Positions 61,126 through 64,000 of a DNA stretch of 64,000 bases are shown one piece after another. Numbering within the stretch: the first letter of the stretch is position 1; each line of letters opens with the position of its first letter. This DNA comes from Niabella sp. (GTDB lineage Bacteria; Bacteroidota; Bacteroidia; Chitinophagales; Chitinophagaceae): contig JAGIAQ010000001.1 in the NCBI GenBank assembly GCA_017744795.1, positions 15,403-79,402 on the forward strand. The letters are read 5' to 3'. The position numbers were made by a program, and so were the translations under genes. Below the pieces are notes generated by a model. That model saw only the letters and a program-made list of their open reading frames with translations, was not told where the DNA came from and searched no databases.

Positions 61126-61175
61126 GAGAAACCCGTGCCGACGAAGTGTAAAATCAGAACAATCTTCCTTCCCGG

Positions 61176-61736
61176 TTATTTCTTCTTATACTGTTCTGCT
61201 GCCTGTTGTGCTTTTTCAAAATCAAGAATGACCCCGTTGATGCAGTAGCGCAGCCCGGTTGGGGGCGGGCCGTCATTAAACACATGGCCCAGGTGGGCAT
61301 GGCAGCGGCCGCATTCCACCTCTGTGCGCACCATTCCATGGCTTTTGTCTTCCAGGTAGATGACACTGGTTTTGCTGATGGGTTCGTAAAAGCTGGGCCA
61401 GCCGCAGCCGCTTTCAAACTTAGTATCGCTTTTAAACAGGGGATTCCCGCAGGCGGCGCAGTAATAGGTCCCTATTTCTTTAGAAGTTTCGTATTTGCTG
61501 GTCCAGGGGCGCTCAGTACCCTTTTGACGGGCGATGTAATACACTTCTTCGGGAAGCACTTTTTTCCATTCGTCTTCCGACAGATTTACTTTTGAAGAAT
61601 CTGTATGCGAATAAACAGGGTTGTTTTCTTTTTTCATTGTTGATGCGCCTGATTTAGTGCCCGGTTGCGACTGTGAATAACCGCAATGCTGAAATAAAAC
61701 ACTGATTATTAATAATATTGCTGTTAGGTATTTCAT
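61176..61736 (-). CDS. msrB: Peptide-methionine (R)-S-oxide reductase MsrB with export signal
   Basis: GTERP, CAAC, GCGWPSF, RTEVECGRC.AHLGHVF.DGP and RYCING motifs; hydrophobic N-terminus. Confidence 0.96.
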   Translation of the reverse strand: MKYLTAILLIISVLFQHCGYSQSQPGTKSGASTMKKENNPVYSHTDSSKVNLSEDEWKKVLPEEVYYIARQKGTERPWTSKYETSKEIGTYYCAACGNPLFKSDTKFESGCGWPSFYEPISKTSVIYLEDKSHGMVRTEVECGRCHAHLGHVFNDGPPPTGLRYCINGVILDFEKAQQAAEQYKKK

Positions 61737-61755
61737 TATCCGGACGATACTTTAA

Positions 61756-61763
61756 CAAAGATA
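61756..61763 (-). promoter_or_regulatory. -7 element for msrB
   Basis: TATCTTTG on the minus strand, ~20 nt upstream of the ATG. Confidence 0.6.
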
Positions 61764-61850
61764 CGACCCAAAAAGTTGCTGCGGCTCCGGTTGTAGTTTG
61801 AACAGTTTTTAATAAACAGGCAGAACAGGCGTATTTTCACCAAGCTTTGT

Positions 61851-61858
61851 TATATTTG
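61851..61858 (+). promoter_or_regulatory. -7 element for adk
   Basis: TATATTTG ~28 nt upstream of ATG 61887. Confidence 0.65.
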
Positions 61859-61886
61859 TTGGCATCACTTTAAAAGAAAAGCTTAA

Positions 61887-62495
61887 ATGTTTAATTTAAT
61901 ATTATTCGGACCTCCCGGAAGCGGGAAGGGAACTCAATCAGACCGTTTGGTTGAAAAATATGGATTGATTCATTTGTCTACCGGGAATCTGCTGCGTTCA
62001 GAGATTGCAGAAAAAACACCGCTGGGCATTGAAGCAAAAAATTTTATGGATAAAGGTCAGCTGGTGCCTGATGAAGTGGTGATCGGCATGATCGATAATT
62101 CATTGGAGCAGCATAGAGAGGCTAAAGGGTTTTTATTTGATGGATTTCCGCGCACTGCCAACCAGGCTAAGGCACTGGATAAATTGCTGCAGCTGAAAAA
62201 GACAGCGATACATAGTGTGCTGGCGTTGGATGTTTCTGAAGATGAGCTGGTAAAACGGTTATTGGAAAGAGGCAAAACCTCTGGCCGTTCGGATGATACC
62301 AGCGAAGAGGTGATCCGCAAACGTTTTGCCGTGTACCAACAGGAAACCACTGCGGTTGCAGATCATTATAAAGCACTGCACCGGTTTAAAACGATTCCCG
62401 GAGAGGGAACGGTGGAAGATATTTTTAACGCGCTGGGCGTTCAGATCGATAAAGTGCTGGAACGGCAGCGCGAAGAGGAAGAAGCGTTTGATTAA
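61887..62495 (+). CDS. adk: Adenylate kinase (short LID type)
   Basis: GPPGSGKGTQ, HLSTG.LLR, G.LVPD, FLFDGFPRT and GRSDD motifs. Confidence 0.98.
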   Translation: MFNLILFGPPGSGKGTQSDRLVEKYGLIHLSTGNLLRSEIAEKTPLGIEAKNFMDKGQLVPDEVVIGMIDNSLEQHREAKGFLFDGFPRTANQAKALDKLLQLKKTAIHSVLALDVSEDELVKRLLERGKTSGRSDDTSEEVIRKRFAVYQQETTAVADHYKALHRFKTIPGEGTVEDIFNALGVQIDKVLERQREEEEAFD

Positions 62496-62599
62496 AAACA
62501 CGGAATAGTAGTACCAAAGTACGAAGCCGGGAAGGCGGTGAGGCGGTAAAACAGAGGTAATGGAGAAACAATACCTTTTCGCATTTCCGGTTTCCCGGC

Positions 62600-63052
62600 T
62601 TATTTTTTCGGTAAAATACTATCAGCCTTGCTAACACTGTTTAAAACAAGATCTTTAACGGCAGTGACCTTTACCTGTTGATCCCGGAGATATTGGATAC
62701 GAGCCGTTTCATTGTCTTTAAGGGAGTCATATTTGAACCCGTTCATCCATTCGTTCATGGCGGTGTTTGCCTGTTCCAAAGCCGCGTGGGCCGCTTCAAG
62801 CCTGGCTTTTAATGCTGCATTTTGTTTTTGGGCTGCGGAGGGTAACTTATCTATAGAATCAATCGCGGTTTTGGATTCATTTAAAAGTCGTTCCATTTTT
62901 TTGGTCTTGGGCATGGCTATATCGTGCACATCAATTACCGCCTGCAATAAGCTGTCCGCCTTGCTTTGCGGCTGTTCTTTTGCTTTTGACTGGTTTTCGC
63001 CGCAGGCAACCAAAACAACGGCAACAACTAATGAGAATAACAAGGATTTCAT
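62600..63052 (-). CDS. Helical lipoprotein with H-D-x-x-M-P-K motif
   Basis: Lipobox LVAC from ATG 63052; VHDIAMPK and MNEWMNGF; TACCTTTG promoter on the minus strand at 63071-63078. Confidence 0.75.
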   Translation of the reverse strand: MKSLLFSLVVAVVLVACGENQSKAKEQPQSKADSLLQAVIDVHDIAMPKTKKMERLLNESKTAIDSIDKLPSAAQKQNAALKARLEAAHAALEQANTAMNEWMNGFKYDSLKDNETARIQYLRDQQVKVTAVKDLVLNSVSKADSILPKK

Positions 63053-63137
63053 GCGCAAAAATTTTACGCTCAAAGGTACGGTAACAATGAATGTAAAATA
63101 AGAAATGAAGTTGTTTGGACTTTCTGATTTCTTTGCA

Positions 63138-63237
63138 TTTCCCGCAGATCACCGCAGATTTTTGTGCGCAGATTTTCGCAGAAAATCAATCTGCGGATAT
63201 CGGCGATGTATTAGATCTGCCTAAAATCAGCGGGAAA
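63138..63237. repeat. REP-like element (CGCAGA family)
   Basis: TTTCCCGCAGAT / ATCAGCGGGAAA ends; four CGCAGA units at 11-14 nt spacing. Confidence 0.85.
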
Positions 63238-63361
63238 GCCAGGTAATATTGTTTCTGTAAAAAGCTTAAACAACTTTAATATTAACTGTAGAATGTAAAA
63301 GTAGATTGGGTTTCATCAATGCAAATTTCCAATTTATAGGGAAGCCTCCCTTCTTTTTGCT

Positions 63362-63422
63362 GTCGTTTCGAACCCGACGTCAGGAGGGTGAGCAATCTCG
63401 TTGTTGAAGAACGAAAATTTCT
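63362..63422. repeat. Degenerate REP-like element (GTC..TCGAAC..GAG..ATCTC family)
   Basis: GTCGTTTCGAAC...GAGCAATCTCGT...GAAAATTTCT; resembles 63915-64000. Confidence 0.4.
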
Positions 63423-63486
63423 AACCTATCGCAAAGCAGGGAATGATTTTTGCATTCCTGCAGGTATAAAGTATAAAAATATGCTG

Positions 63487-63900
63487 ATGAAAAAAATAAT
63501 GTTATTTAGTCTGATCGTTATTGCGGCATGTAACAGTAACGCGCCTGCGAAGCCAAATTCATCCGATTCGATGCCGGCAAATCCCGCAGTGGCCGTCGCC
63601 CCGGCAGAAAGCAGCGCCGTAAAAACAGATGCTGCGGCGAGTGTTGCGGCGCCGGTTGATAAGGATGAGAAAAAATATACCAATGAAAAAGGAGATCTGA
63701 TTACAGCCGTTTACCATGATTCAGGGGATATGGGTATTGTGGTATTAAAAAAAGATGGAGCCAGCATCCAGCTGATGAAGGGCGAAAAAAAAGACGGCGC
63801 TACCGTGTACACGAACGGTAAGATCACCTGGAAAATAAAGGGGGGAGAAGCTTTATTTGAAAAGGATAATGTAGTGTCGGCCTACAAAGCAAGCAAGTAG
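63487..63900 (+). CDS. Lipoprotein with Pro/Ala linker and MliC-like C-terminal domain
   Basis: Lipobox IAAC from ATG 63487; L......G..Y..G..TW..KG.EA.F pattern. Confidence 0.65.
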   Translation: MKKIMLFSLIVIAACNSNAPAKPNSSDSMPANPAVAVAPAESSAVKTDAAASVAAPVDKDEKKYTNEKGDLITAVYHDSGDMGIVVLKKDGASIQLMKGEKKDGATVYTNGKITWKIKGGEALFEKDNVVSAYKASK

Positions 63901-63914
63901 ACGCTGTTCTAAAC

Positions 63915-64000
63915 GTTATCCCGAACAGAGAGCAGAGAAGACCTCGTACTAATAGTGCAAAACCTAAGTTAAACCACCTTTTTTTAAGCAAGAGATCTCT
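63915..64000. repeat. Degenerate REP-like element, same family as 63362 (may run off the edge)
   Basis: GTTATCCCGAAC...GAGAAGACCTCGT...GAGATCTCT. Confidence 0.35.

Noticed and set aside
53854-63237. CRISPR array interpretation of the recurring 30-bp repeats
   Set aside because: Copies are separated by whole genes rather than 25-45 bp spacers, and no cas genes are present.
63364-63376. TTCGAACCC resembling a tRNA T-loop
   Set aside because: No cloverleaf, acceptor stem or D-arm; it is part of a REP-like element.

Overview
Bacteroidota chromosome segment. The RecA N-terminus, TAnnTTTG promoters and SusC/SusD point to Chitinophagaceae (inference). No rRNA, tRNA, CRISPR array or transposase was seen. 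Content in order: (1) a complete polysaccharide utilization locus (SusC/SusD, a ~1200-aa clan GH-A multidomain protein, SGNH esterase, GH36-like, divergent GH28) whose only candidate regulator is an uncharacterised HTH-like/TM/periplasmic protein; (2) recA with a CTAA-N5-TTAG palindrome over its promoter, then DUF6686-like, TlpA, M60 peptidase and a Met/Cys gamma-lyase; (3) a 2886-aa cyclic beta-1,2-glucan synthase; (4) an AraC / GH141-like / DUF5107 / sugar porter / GH36 locus with a 21-bp-phased operator candidate, a ParE/RelE toxin-antitoxin pair and GH35; (5) a SusD-less four-gene TonB-receptor / DUF4249 / macroglobulin-like operon; (6) kbl, a GxxExxY nuclease gene flanked by direct palindromic repeats, and ruvB; (7) a GlxA-type regulator, SRPBCC-GyrI, a MacAB-TolC-type operon, msrB, adk and two lipoproteins. 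Intergenic DNA carries several distinct REP-like palindrome families, some nested in each other and some bracketing single genes. All family calls come from motif recognition, not database searches.
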